Below, piece after piece: positions 10,064-20,790 of a stretch of DNA of 64,000 bases. Each line of letters begins with the position of its first letter. Within the stretch, counting starts at the first letter, position 1. The DNA lies in contig JBBIIG010000001.1 in the NCBI GenBank assembly GCA_037446635.1, positions 117,638 to 181,637 on the forward strand, written 5' to 3'. A program made the position numbers and the translations under genes. The notes beneath the pieces are model-generated. The model was given only the letters and a program-made list of their open reading frames with translations. It was not told where the DNA came from and did no database searches. This DNA comes from a bacterium (GTDB lineage Bacteria; Zhuqueibacterota; Zhuqueibacteria; Oceanimicrobiales; Oceanimicrobiaceae).

Positions 10064-11320
10064 CTATTTCGGCGCCAGATACTGGACGCTCACGGCGTCC
10101 GGCAGGCCGATGTTTTCGAATACGCCCTCGATTGCGCCGCTGGCGTCGATTTTGACCAGACGGTTGTTGTCGGTGTCGGCCACCACGCAGCCGTTGTCAA
10201 ATGGATTGGCAGCCAAATCCCGCGGCGCCAGGAACCCTCCCAGCTCGAAAAGCAAATCGCCATTTTCCGAAAACTTCAACACTCGTGATGGCCGGAAGTC
10301 GATAACCCAGACTTCACCGGTGTTTTCGTTCACCGAAACTTTCGACGCAAATTCAAAGTTGTAGGCGAGTGTCAATTCATGACTTCCATCTTCAGCCAAT
10401 TTTACCACTCGCGAGCTGTCGGCCACCCAAACGCTGCCGTCGCGCGAATTAACAACCAGCGATTGCAATGAAAAGAATGGCGCCGGCGCGAGCGCAAATG
10501 CGCTTCCATCGGCGGGAATGCGCGCCACCCGCCGGGAGGCCGCATCCGCCACCCAACAAGCGCCGCTGCGCTGATCCACGTCCAGCGCGGTGGGCGCGGC
10601 AAAATCCTGAATGGCGAAAAGCCGTCCGCCCAGCGAATCCAATTTCGCCACCACGCCATCCTCGCGGTCTGCGACCCACACAGCATTGGAATCGAAGTGA
10701 ATGGCGGCATCCACCGGCCCAACAAAAGGCACGATGGGTTCGCGAACGCGACCGCTTGCCGAGACCCGCACCGCGTTGCCAATGAACCGGCTGAGCCTTT
10801 CCACTACCCACACTTCGCCGCTGTTCGGGTTGGGTTCGACGTCAACCAGCGTAAAAAATCCGCTGACGCGAAAAATTTGGTGCTGCGCGTCGTGGGAAAG
10901 TTTTATGAGCTGTCCTGACAAATTATTTACGGCCCAACTCAAGGTTGGCCCCGGCGTGATCCGCTGGGGCGGCGAGGGCGCGCTTTCATAATTGCGGCCG
11001 AGCGCCGTAAGCTGGTATTCATAGCGTATGTTAAACTCGACGTCGAAATCTTTGAATGAAGTCAGGCTGCGAGAAAGTAGGATCAATGGGCTGAAATCAC
11101 TCTCATCGCTGCGCCGGCGGTAAAGTTGATAGCCGATCAGATCATCCAAATTTATGGCATCCCACTGCAGAAAGACCGTATCCTGAATGGAATAGACACG
11201 CAACCCCGTGGGCTTGCCTTGTGTATCTGGATTTTTCGGATCCAGTGGATTGCTGCGCTCGCGATCAGTGCAGGCACAGAACATCAAAAGCACGATGCCA
11301 ATAAATAACGTGACTCTCAA
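10064..11320 (-). CDS. Lipoprotein with FN3-like domain and NHL-type beta-propeller
   Basis: TTG start; lipobox-like MFCA-C followed by RSNPLDP; FN3-like LQWD...GYQLYR...YEYQLTA..ESAPS; repeated VWVAD blades. Confidence 0.8.
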   Translation of the reverse strand: MRVTLFIGIVLLMFCACTDRERSNPLDPKNPDTQGKPTGLRVYSIQDTVFLQWDAINLDDLIGYQLYRRRSDESDFSPLILLSRSLTSFKDFDVEFNIRYEYQLTALGRNYESAPSPPQRITPGPTLSWAVNNLSGQLIKLSHDAQHQIFRVSGFFTLVDVEPNPNSGEVWVVERLSRFIGNAVRVSASGRVREPIVPFVGPVDAAIHFDSNAVWVADREDGVVAKLDSLGGRLFAIQDFAAPTALDVDQRSGACWVADAASRRVARIPADGSAFALAPAPFFSLQSLVVNSRDGSVWVADSSRVVKLAEDGSHELTLAYNFEFASKVSVNENTGEVWVIDFRPSRVLKFSENGDLLFELGGFLAPRDLAANPFDNGCVVADTDNNRLVKIDASGAIEGVFENIGLPDAVSVQYLAPK

Positions 11321-11399
11321 ACTTGCAACGTTGATTCGGGTGATAGAAACGATTCAGAAAATAGTCCGCGCTGGGTAGCGGCTCAAAAAATGTGCGTAG

Positions 11400-11428
11400 A
11401 AATTAGCAAATTGCTGACATGAAGTCAA
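11400..11428 (-). promoter_or_regulatory. Putative sigma70-type promoter for the lipoprotein-rsb cluster
   Basis: Minus strand TTGACT-N17-TAATTT in the intergenic region. Confidence 0.5.
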
Positions 11429-11472
11429 GGGATTTGTAAAACTTAAATTTATAAACTTACGGGGCAGGCAAG

Positions 11473-13464
11473 TCAGTTGAACAAGCGTTGCAGCAGACGC
11501 TTGATGCCGCTGGTGGAATAATCGGGCAGCTCCACTTGCGGAGGGGCCGGGTTGTTCTGATATTCCTGAAGCTGTTTTTTAGCTTGTATGTACAACACCC
11601 GGTTATCTACGGCAACCGCCACCTGGTTGGCCAGAATTTCCAGGGTGCTGAAAACTTCTTTGGTTGGCAAACGCTGGTCTTCGGGATCATCCACGAGCAA
11701 AACGCCGATCACCTTTCCATCCCGGGACTTGAGTGGTACCAGAATCACACCCCAAGACGGCCAGCCGCCGTTTGTGGGTTTGGCCAGACTGCCATTGTGA
11801 TAAATTTGCTTCAATGGCTGAAGAATCTCCTCCTGCTTGACAATGAAGTAGGATTTGCCGCGCAGGTATTCACTGCGAAAAAGGTTCGCAAAGTTAGTCA
11901 GTTGAAATTTTAACTCAGAGAGCTGGTTCTGTTTAACGCGGTCATCGCAGGCTACCGCTTTCAACTCCAGACACGATGATCTTTTGCTGATGAGACCCAA
12001 AGCCACCAGGTTAAAATCTAGTGAAAATTTTATGGACCACACCATTTCTTTCAACAACTCATCTAAGCTGAGATGAAGCTTGAAAATGTTGCTGGTCACC
12101 AAAATCTGTTTCAAACGCCGCGAGCGTTTTTCGATGGTTGAAAACTGATAGTAGTTCTCAATAATCAGGGCGGCTAATTTGCCAAAGAGCTCGAGGTTTT
12201 TGAAGGTGTCGCGGCCCGGAATAAAATCGTCCACCGGCAGATCCAAAGAGATGTAGCCAAAGGTTTTGCCGGCGCTGGTCAACAAATTCACGAGCACCAA
12301 ATCCCGCTTGTGCCACTGATTGTTGGGCCGGCGTTTTTGAGTACGCCGTTCATAAAATTCAGAGTTGAGTTCCAGCGCGTTTTCCTGCTGCGCCTGGTTA
12401 TAATATAAAACTTTAACCAGGAATTTGTTGGCAAAAATACGATCGATCACTTCCTGGGGCACTTCTAAATTGGCGGCCTCTTTTGACGGCAAATTGGCGT
12501 AACCAATCATGGCGTGTTTGACGTAAGCGTTCTTTCGGCGATCGAGCAGGGCAAGGGTGACGCGTTGAAACCGAAAAATCCTGCCGCAGCATTCGGCAAT
12601 GCTTTCCAACACCACATTAAATGGTTCCCAGTAACTGGTGGCAAGAATTTGCGCCACCCGCGAAATCATGTGCAATTGATCGACGCGGTTGCCGGGCGCC
12701 AGGTCCCGCGCCGAGGTGGAAACTTTTTCAAGATGGCCGCGGAAGCTGACGATGTTCTGGTTTTCATCTTTAATGGCGGTCAAGCGAATGTCAATGGGAC
12801 TTTTGGCCCCGCGTTTTCCAAGAATTTCGGTGCGAAAGGATTTGGTGGAATTGCCGTTGCTGCTCACCGCATTGAACCAATCATAAAATGATTTTTCCTG
12901 TTCTTTGGGAAGCAAATCCGGCAGGCTCAGCTCCATCAATTCGCCCTGGGTATAGTTGGTAATTTCCTCCATGCTGCGGTTGGCGGAAAGGATTTTTCCC
13001 CGCCGATCAAGAATGAAATAGCCGGCAGACGCTATTTTTCTCGCCGCGGATTCGGCTTGCGGAATTGCCGTGGCTTCAGTTTTGATGATGCTGCGTTCGA
13101 CGATATTTCGAATGGTGATGGGGAGCGCCGTGAGATAGCCGCGCACTTTTAGAACAAAATCCGACGCGCCCTGCTCCATGGCCATGTCCGCGATGTCATC
13201 CCGCCCTTCGTCCACTAAAATAATCAACGGCGTTCGACTGTCGCGGGCGCGAATTTTGTCGATGACCTGCAAGCCGTTCATATCGCCAAGGTCGTAATCG
13301 AACAGGACGATATCGTAGCGCCGGCTCTGCGATTTATCGATGCAATCCTGCCCCGAGTAAGCCAAATCCACCTCGCAGTTGCTGTAGTGAAACTTGAGCA
13401 TTTTTTTGGAAATTTCAAGATACGAACTGCTTGTGCCGGCGATGAGAACACTGAGGTTGTTCAT
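11473..13464 (-). CDS. Atypical REC-PAS-GAF-GAF signalling protein with no recognisable output domain
   Basis: Start moved to ATG 13464 (GGAG RBS). REC (DIVLFDYDLGDMNGL, DFVLK), PAS (LDRRGKILSANRSMEEITNY), two GAF-like domains, short C-terminal tail. Confidence 0.8.
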   Translation of the reverse strand: MNNLSVLIAGTSSSYLEISKKMLKFHYSNCEVDLAYSGQDCIDKSQSRRYDIVLFDYDLGDMNGLQVIDKIRARDSRTPLIILVDEGRDDIADMAMEQGASDFVLKVRGYLTALPITIRNIVERSIIKTEATAIPQAESAARKIASAGYFILDRRGKILSANRSMEEITNYTQGELMELSLPDLLPKEQEKSFYDWFNAVSSNGNSTKSFRTEILGKRGAKSPIDIRLTAIKDENQNIVSFRGHLEKVSTSARDLAPGNRVDQLHMISRVAQILATSYWEPFNVVLESIAECCGRIFRFQRVTLALLDRRKNAYVKHAMIGYANLPSKEAANLEVPQEVIDRIFANKFLVKVLYYNQAQQENALELNSEFYERRTQKRRPNNQWHKRDLVLVNLLTSAGKTFGYISLDLPVDDFIPGRDTFKNLELFGKLAALIIENYYQFSTIEKRSRRLKQILVTSNIFKLHLSLDELLKEMVWSIKFSLDFNLVALGLISKRSSCLELKAVACDDRVKQNQLSELKFQLTNFANLFRSEYLRGKSYFIVKQEEILQPLKQIYHNGSLAKPTNGGWPSWGVILVPLKSRDGKVIGVLLVDDPEDQRLPTKEVFSTLEILANQVAVAVDNRVLYIQAKKQLQEYQNNPAPPQVELPDYSTSGIKRLLQRLFN

Positions 13465-13661
13465 ACAAGCCACTCCGTAGTGCAGGTTGAAAATTGATCG
13501 GCGCACCCAGTGGTGCGCGCCACGAACAGGCGTTGCAAAGCAACGGCACAATTTACAAAAAAATACTAAAAAATCAAGGTATAATTTTGAGCCAATTAAG
13601 ACGTTACGCGAGAAAGGCGCGGAAGAAAACCCCAACCGAACAGAACCGTTGTTTTAGACTT

Positions 13662-14915
13662 CTAAAGCTTTCCCAACTCAGAGCGGGCTTCGGAAATGTA
13701 TTCGCTGCCCGGGCATTCATTGACCAAGCGCGTGAAAAACTGTTTAGCGACGGCCTTGTTACCCATTCGCAGGAACGTTCGGCCCAGGTGATAAAATGCG
13801 TCGTCTAACTTTGATGAACGCTTATACTCCAAAACTTTGTTGAACGCCTCGACGGCTTCGCTTAAACGATTCTGAGCGAGCAGGCTTTGGCCGATCCAGT
13901 AGTGGCAATTGCCGATCAGCGTATGGTTGGGGTTCTGTTGCAGCAGCAAACGAAATAGCGAAATCGCTTCCGTATAGTTTTCGTTGTAATAATTGGTAAG
14001 CGCCTCTTCATAAACTTGCGAGAAACCAGACATCGAAGTGGCTTTTTTCAGTGGAACCGGCGGCTGGCTGGCGGCCTTTTTTTCCAGGCCGGAAAGCTGT
14101 TTTCTGCGCTCGGAGAGGTTACTCTGCAAGCGCGCGATTTCTTTCTCCCTTTCCTCGACCGAGCGATTTAGCTCATCGACGCGCGATTTCAAGCGCGCAT
14201 ATTCTGCCATGTCTTTCGTGTCGAGGCCAGAAGGTGAAGAACCCCTGAGTGACTCCTGGTCCGCAAAAGGATCGTCGCCAATTTCATAAACAGGCGCTTG
14301 GGCATCCGCAATGAATTGAGCGGCGTCGGAGCTCGCGGTGGGAAAATAATAAACGAACCCGCCGCCCACGCTGAGGTAGCCATCGGTGGTGGTGCCGCCG
14401 ATGACAATGGCATCAAGTGCATCGGTGCTGGTGTGGCGATAATCGGCTCCAACCGTCAGCGCTATGCGCGGACTCATCCGAAATCGAATTCCTCCCCCGC
14501 CCATCAAAGCCGCTTCCCATTTTCGTCCCAGGATTTGACCTATATGAAAATTCAGCGCGCCGACTCCAAGGGAGAGATATGGCCTCGCCAGTCCTCGCGA
14601 AATGATCTCGAGATTCGTCCGCAGGTCAATATTAAATATATCTGTAGTGTTGCCATTGCCAAGGATGGGATGGTCATATTTCAACTGGCTGTATCCGAGG
14701 GCTAACGAGACGTCCGCAAAACGCAGGAAACGATAACTGCCGAAACCCTCGAATCCCAGCCCAATGCCCACGCCAGCTAAACCGCCGTCGCCGTAAACGC
14801 GGCGCCCGCCAGCGTTCAGGCCCAATCCAAATCTGTCCTTGTATTCTTGTGAATAGGAAACGGCGGCTGCGAATAGAAACACCAAAACAAGAAACGACGC
14901 TGACCTCCTATTCAT
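13662..14915 (-). CDS. Outer-membrane beta-barrel fused to coiled coil and CpoB/YbgF-like TPR domain
   Basis: Signal peptide; alternating beta strands ending GYLSVGGGFVYYF; coiled coil; TPRs (YEEALTNYY, CHYWIGQS, DAFYHLG, CPGSEY). Confidence 0.75.
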   Translation of the reverse strand: MNRRSASFLVLVFLFAAAVSYSQEYKDRFGLGLNAGGRRVYGDGGLAGVGIGLGFEGFGSYRFLRFADVSLALGYSQLKYDHPILGNGNTTDIFNIDLRTNLEIISRGLARPYLSLGVGALNFHIGQILGRKWEAALMGGGGIRFRMSPRIALTVGADYRHTSTDALDAIVIGGTTTDGYLSVGGGFVYYFPTASSDAAQFIADAQAPVYEIGDDPFADQESLRGSSPSGLDTKDMAEYARLKSRVDELNRSVEEREKEIARLQSNLSERRKQLSGLEKKAASQPPVPLKKATSMSGFSQVYEEALTNYYNENYTEAISLFRLLLQQNPNHTLIGNCHYWIGQSLLAQNRLSEAVEAFNKVLEYKRSSKLDDAFYHLGRTFLRMGNKAVAKQFFTRLVNECPGSEYISEARSELGKL

Positions 14916-14945
14916 TCGGCTGCTCCTTTGGTTTGAATTTTCCGG

Positions 14946-15485
14946 TTAGGATTGCTCAACAAACACCGGCGCGACAACCGGCATCAAATCGCGCGGCATC
15001 ACGTCATGAAACGAAACCTTCTTTTCCGAATACGCATTGTAGGCGTCGATCAGCTCGCTCAATTGCCGTCCGTGTTCTCTCAAATTCTGCTCGCTGCCAG
15101 CGCCAGCCACCAACTGGCGAATCTCTAAAATCTTGTTGCCGATGCTTTCGAAATAATACTCTGACATGGCCTGGCCAATCAGGTTTTTGACGGCCGCTTC
15201 CGCTTGCTGTTCTTTGTCCTTAAGCGTTTTGATGGTGTTCTTGAGATGGAATTGATTCAGATCCTTGACCAAAGTTACCTTGACGCCAGAGTAGTTAAGA
15301 ACGGCGGGGTGCTTTTTGTAATAGTCCGTTTTCACCGCGACGTTCGTCAACAGATATTGCTCAACAATGACGCGCTCGCCAAAAGTTAAATGCCGATGGG
15401 AGAAGTAGCTCAACAGATTTTCCGTCTGTTTGTAATCCACTTCAATCATTAAATCTGAAGATGAAAAATAAAGTAATTCGGTCAT
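14946..15485 (-). CDS. Hypothetical protein (179 aa)
   Basis: Fills the gap between lon and the barrel gene on the same strand; protein-like composition; no motif recognised. Confidence 0.75.
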   Translation of the reverse strand: MTELLYFSSSDLMIEVDYKQTENLLSYFSHRHLTFGERVIVEQYLLTNVAVKTDYYKKHPAVLNYSGVKVTLVKDLNQFHLKNTIKTLKDKEQQAEAAVKNLIGQAMSEYYFESIGNKILEIRQLVAGAGSEQNLREHGRQLSELIDAYNAYSEKKVSFHDVMPRDLMPVVAPVFVEQS

Positions 15486-15487
15486 AG

Positions 15488-15564
15488 CATCACGAGACGT
15501 TTTGGTTTTTGAATGGACGTTGTTTTGTCCAATTTTTACAAACCCTATGCCACGTCTCGTGATG
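15488..15564. repeat. 13-bp perfect inverted repeat with 51-bp spacer
   Basis: CATCACGAGACGT (15488-15500) and ACGTCTCGTGATG (15552-15564). Confidence 0.85.
15535..15552 (-). promoter_or_regulatory. Sigma54-like -24/-12 motif
   Basis: TGGCATAGGGTTTGTAAA (GG-N10-GT variant), 16/18 identical to the motif upstream of prkA. Confidence 0.55.
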
Positions 15565-15683
15565 TCAGTGGGACGATAGATAACTATCTATTTTAGAAAG
15601 TGTTTACTACGCGGGCGGCTTTTGAACTCCTTGTCGATGAAAATGTATTTCAATGATGCAGTTTGATTTTTTTGAGACATTTC

Positions 15684-18074
<2,391 letters not shown>

Positions 18075-18134
18075 GATTCTCTACCTCATTTTTGAGTTGC
18101 CAAAAAGTCATTTAAAAAATACGATGCTCTTTTT

Positions 18135-18150
18135 TGCAACAACCATTCCA
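18135..18150 (-). promoter_or_regulatory. Sigma54 -24/-12 promoter upstream of lon
   Basis: Minus strand TGGAATGGTTGTTGCA = GG-N10-GC, 60 nt before the ATG. Confidence 0.6.
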
Positions 18151-18240
18151 GAAAAATTAGCGCCGCCGACCGCGCATGTTATTTCAGCAATTAACTGGAG
18201 CAGAAGTATTTTACCGCGGCGCCATTTAGTTCGTCACGCG

Positions 18241-19098
18241 CTAAGTTGGCATGGCTTCGGCGAGGATGTTCGCGCAGCGCTCTAAAACCTCGCGATCGCC
18301 GTCATGAAAGGCGTCCCGCTGGTCGCTGTCGATATCGATTTCTCCCAACACCAGTTCGCCGCGCAGGATAGGCACCACGATCTCGGACTGCGTCTCGATG
18401 CTGCACGCTAAGTAGCGCGGGTCCGCGTTCACGTCCGCCACAATGATGGATTTTTTTTCGCTCGCTGCCGCGCCGCAAATTCCTTTGCCAATAGGAATGC
18501 GCGTGTGTGGACTCGGCTTGCCGATGAAGTTGTGAAGCACGAGCGTCTCCCCTTCCAAAAGGTAAATGCCCACCCAGGTGCACTTTGGAAAGCGTTCTTT
18601 CAGAAGCGCCACTGCTGTTTTTAGAATTTCATCCTTGCCTTTTTTGAGATGGTGAAGCTGCTCGACGATATCCTGCCCCACCAGAAATTCAATCGCGCGA
18701 AAATATCCCCGTATCCCCAATCCGAAAATTTGTTTAGCGCAGACGTCTTTGATTACCGAGCGGCGGCGGAATTCTTCGCGCTGCTCGATGTTGGAAAGAT
18801 GCACTTCGATCGCCGGCAATTTCACGGATTCCAGCGCGTCGCGCAGGGCGTAGCTGTAGTGGCTGTACGCGCCGGGATTGATGACGATGCCTTGCGCCCA
18901 CTGGCGCTGTTCGTGAATGAAATCGATGAGCGCGCCCTCATGATTGGATTGAAAGGTTTTCACTTCGACATTCATTGCAGCGGCAAATTTCACAACCTCC
19001 GCTTCCAGCTCGCGCAGGGTCATGGCGCCGTAAATTTCCGGCTCGCGCTCGCCTAACAGGTTCAAATTGGGTCCATTAATCAGAATAATTTTTTTCAT
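18241..19098 (-). CDS. aroQ: Type II 3-dehydroquinate dehydratase fused to a GAF (fRMsr/MsrC-like) domain
   Basis: NGPNLNLLGEREPEIYG, SNHEG, NPGAYSH and EVHLSN, then in frame WVGIYL, IPIGKGICG, PRYLAC, SEIVVP, GEIDIDS. Confidence 0.92.
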   Translation of the reverse strand: MKKIILINGPNLNLLGEREPEIYGAMTLRELEAEVVKFAAAMNVEVKTFQSNHEGALIDFIHEQRQWAQGIVINPGAYSHYSYALRDALESVKLPAIEVHLSNIEQREEFRRRSVIKDVCAKQIFGLGIRGYFRAIEFLVGQDIVEQLHHLKKGKDEILKTAVALLKERFPKCTWVGIYLLEGETLVLHNFIGKPSPHTRIPIGKGICGAAASEKKSIIVADVNADPRYLACSIETQSEIVVPILRGELVLGEIDIDSDQRDAFHDGDREVLERCANILAEAMPT

Positions 19099-19634
19099 AA
19101 ATGACTTCCAATCACACTCAAAATTTCATCAGCGATTTGCTCGGGGGCTTTGCAATCGTCGCATAAAATTTTGAGATCAGCACGCAAATAAAGCTGCTCT
19201 CGTTCCTTAAAAAGTTCTACAACCCGTCGCTTTTTGCTGGTTTCATCATCGCCAAAAATCAACGGCCGCGAATTTCGCAGCAGCCGTTCGGCCAGCGCCG
19301 ACGCCGGCCATTTTAAATAAATCGTCACTCCCGAATTGGAAAGCAATTGCCAACTTTTTGGAGAAAGAATCGCGCCGCCGCCCAGCGCCACAACCGCTTG
19401 CCGCCGACGCGCAACCTCAGTCACCGCCGCGGATTCCATTTCGCGAAAGTAGCGTTCGCCGTATTCGTTAAAAATCTGCGCGATGGCTTGGCCGCTGCGG
19501 CGTTCAATCATTTCATCCGTGTCGAAAAAATCGCGCTTCAATTTTTGGGCAAGCAATTTACCCACCGTGGTTTTGCCCGCGGCCATAAACCCAATCAGAT
19601 AAATGTTATCGTGACTTTTGCTGCCAGCGTTCAT
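19095..19634 (-). CDS. aroK: Shikimate kinase
   Basis: GFMAAGKTT Walker A, DTD, GERYFREME, LGGG. Start moved to ATG 19634. Confidence 0.95.
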   Translation of the reverse strand: MNAGSKSHDNIYLIGFMAAGKTTVGKLLAQKLKRDFFDTDEMIERRSGQAIAQIFNEYGERYFREMESAAVTEVARRRQAVVALGGGAILSPKSWQLLSNSGVTIYLKWPASALAERLLRNSRPLIFGDDETSKKRRVVELFKEREQLYLRADLKILCDDCKAPEQIADEILSVIGSHL

Positions 19635-20790
19635 ACGCCTCTCGAATTTCAGTGACAGAATCGCCGCCGAATTTTTCCAAAAACGCCTCCGCCAAAACCA
19701 GCGCCAAAATCGCCTCACCGATAACGGAGGCCGCCGGCACGGCGCACACGTCGCTGCGTTCGATGTGAGCCGGCGTTTTTTCTTGGCTGATCATATCAAC
19801 GGAATCCAGCGGCTTCATCAACGTGGAGATGGGTTTCATGGCCGCGCGCACCACGATGGGCATGCCGTTCGAGACGCCGCCCTCGATTCCGCCGGCGTGG
19901 TTGCTGGAGCGAAAGTAGATTTTTTTCGCGCCATCAAAACAAATTGGATCGTGCACCTCCGAGCCGAAGCGCGCCGCAGCCTCGAAGCCCCAGCCAATTT
20001 CCACGCCTTTGATGGCCGGGATGCTCATCAGCGCGCCAGCGATGCGGCCGTCCAATTTGCGATCCCAGTGCGCGTAGCTGCCGAGCCCCACGGGAACGTT
20101 TAATGCCGCCACCTCAAACACGCCGCCAACCGTGTCGCCGGCGGCTTTCGCTTCGTCGATGCGCGCCATCATTTCCGCTTCTAATTTTTTAGTGAGACAG
20201 CGTACCGGTGAATCGTCGGCGATTTCGTTCACCAACTCCCATTCGATTTTTTGATCGCGTTGAATCTCCGCCGCTGAAATGCTCGATTTTATCGAATGGA
20301 TTTGTACGACGTGGCTGACAATGAGAATGTTGACTTCGGCTAAAATTTTTTTTGCAATCGCCCCCAGCGCCACCCGCATGGCGGTCTCGCGGGCGCTGGC
20401 GCGTTCCAAAACATTGCGCAGATCGCGGTGGCGGTATTTGATCGCGCCGGCAAAATCGGCGTGCCCGGGGCGCGGGACCGTCACTTCATTTATCTCGTCC
20501 GCGATTTCTGCGACGGACATTTTCGTCTGCCAGTGCTTCCAATCTTTATTTTCAATTTTGAGCGCGATCGGGCTGCCCAGCGTTTTCCCGAAGCGCACGC
20601 CGGAAAGGATGCGCGCGCGGTCGCTTTCAATTTTCATGCGCTGGCCGCGGCCGTAGCCCATTTGCCGGCGCCGCAGCTCGCGCGCGATGTCATCTTCACT
20701 CAAGAATAAACCTGCGGGCACGCCTTCGAGGATTCCGATCAGCGCCTGGCCGTGCGATTCGCCGGCGGTCAAAAATCTAAGCTGGCTCAT
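19606..20790 (-). CDS. aroC: Chorismate synthase
   Basis: TAGESHG, RPGHAD, ERASARET, KPISTL, RSDVC. Confidence 0.98.
   Translation of the reverse strand: MSQLRFLTAGESHGQALIGILEGVPAGLFLSEDDIARELRRRQMGYGRGQRMKIESDRARILSGVRFGKTLGSPIALKIENKDWKHWQTKMSVAEIADEINEVTVPRPGHADFAGAIKYRHRDLRNVLERASARETAMRVALGAIAKKILAEVNILIVSHVVQIHSIKSSISAAEIQRDQKIEWELVNEIADDSPVRCLTKKLEAEMMARIDEAKAAGDTVGGVFEVAALNVPVGLGSYAHWDRKLDGRIAGALMSIPAIKGVEIGWGFEAAARFGSEVHDPICFDGAKKIYFRSSNHAGGIEGGVSNGMPIVVRAAMKPISTLMKPLDSVDMISQEKTPAHIERSDVCAVPAASVIGEAILALVLAEAFLEKFGGDSVTEIREAYERWQQKSR

Noticed and set aside
13465..13635. N-terminal extensions in the ORF track (also aroK, aroE, DAHP synthase, trpG, trpD, the 31885 gene, STAS, YbhB, glgX)
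   Set aside because: They overlap neighbouring genes or intergenic DNA; downstream starts fit the RBS and family alignment better.
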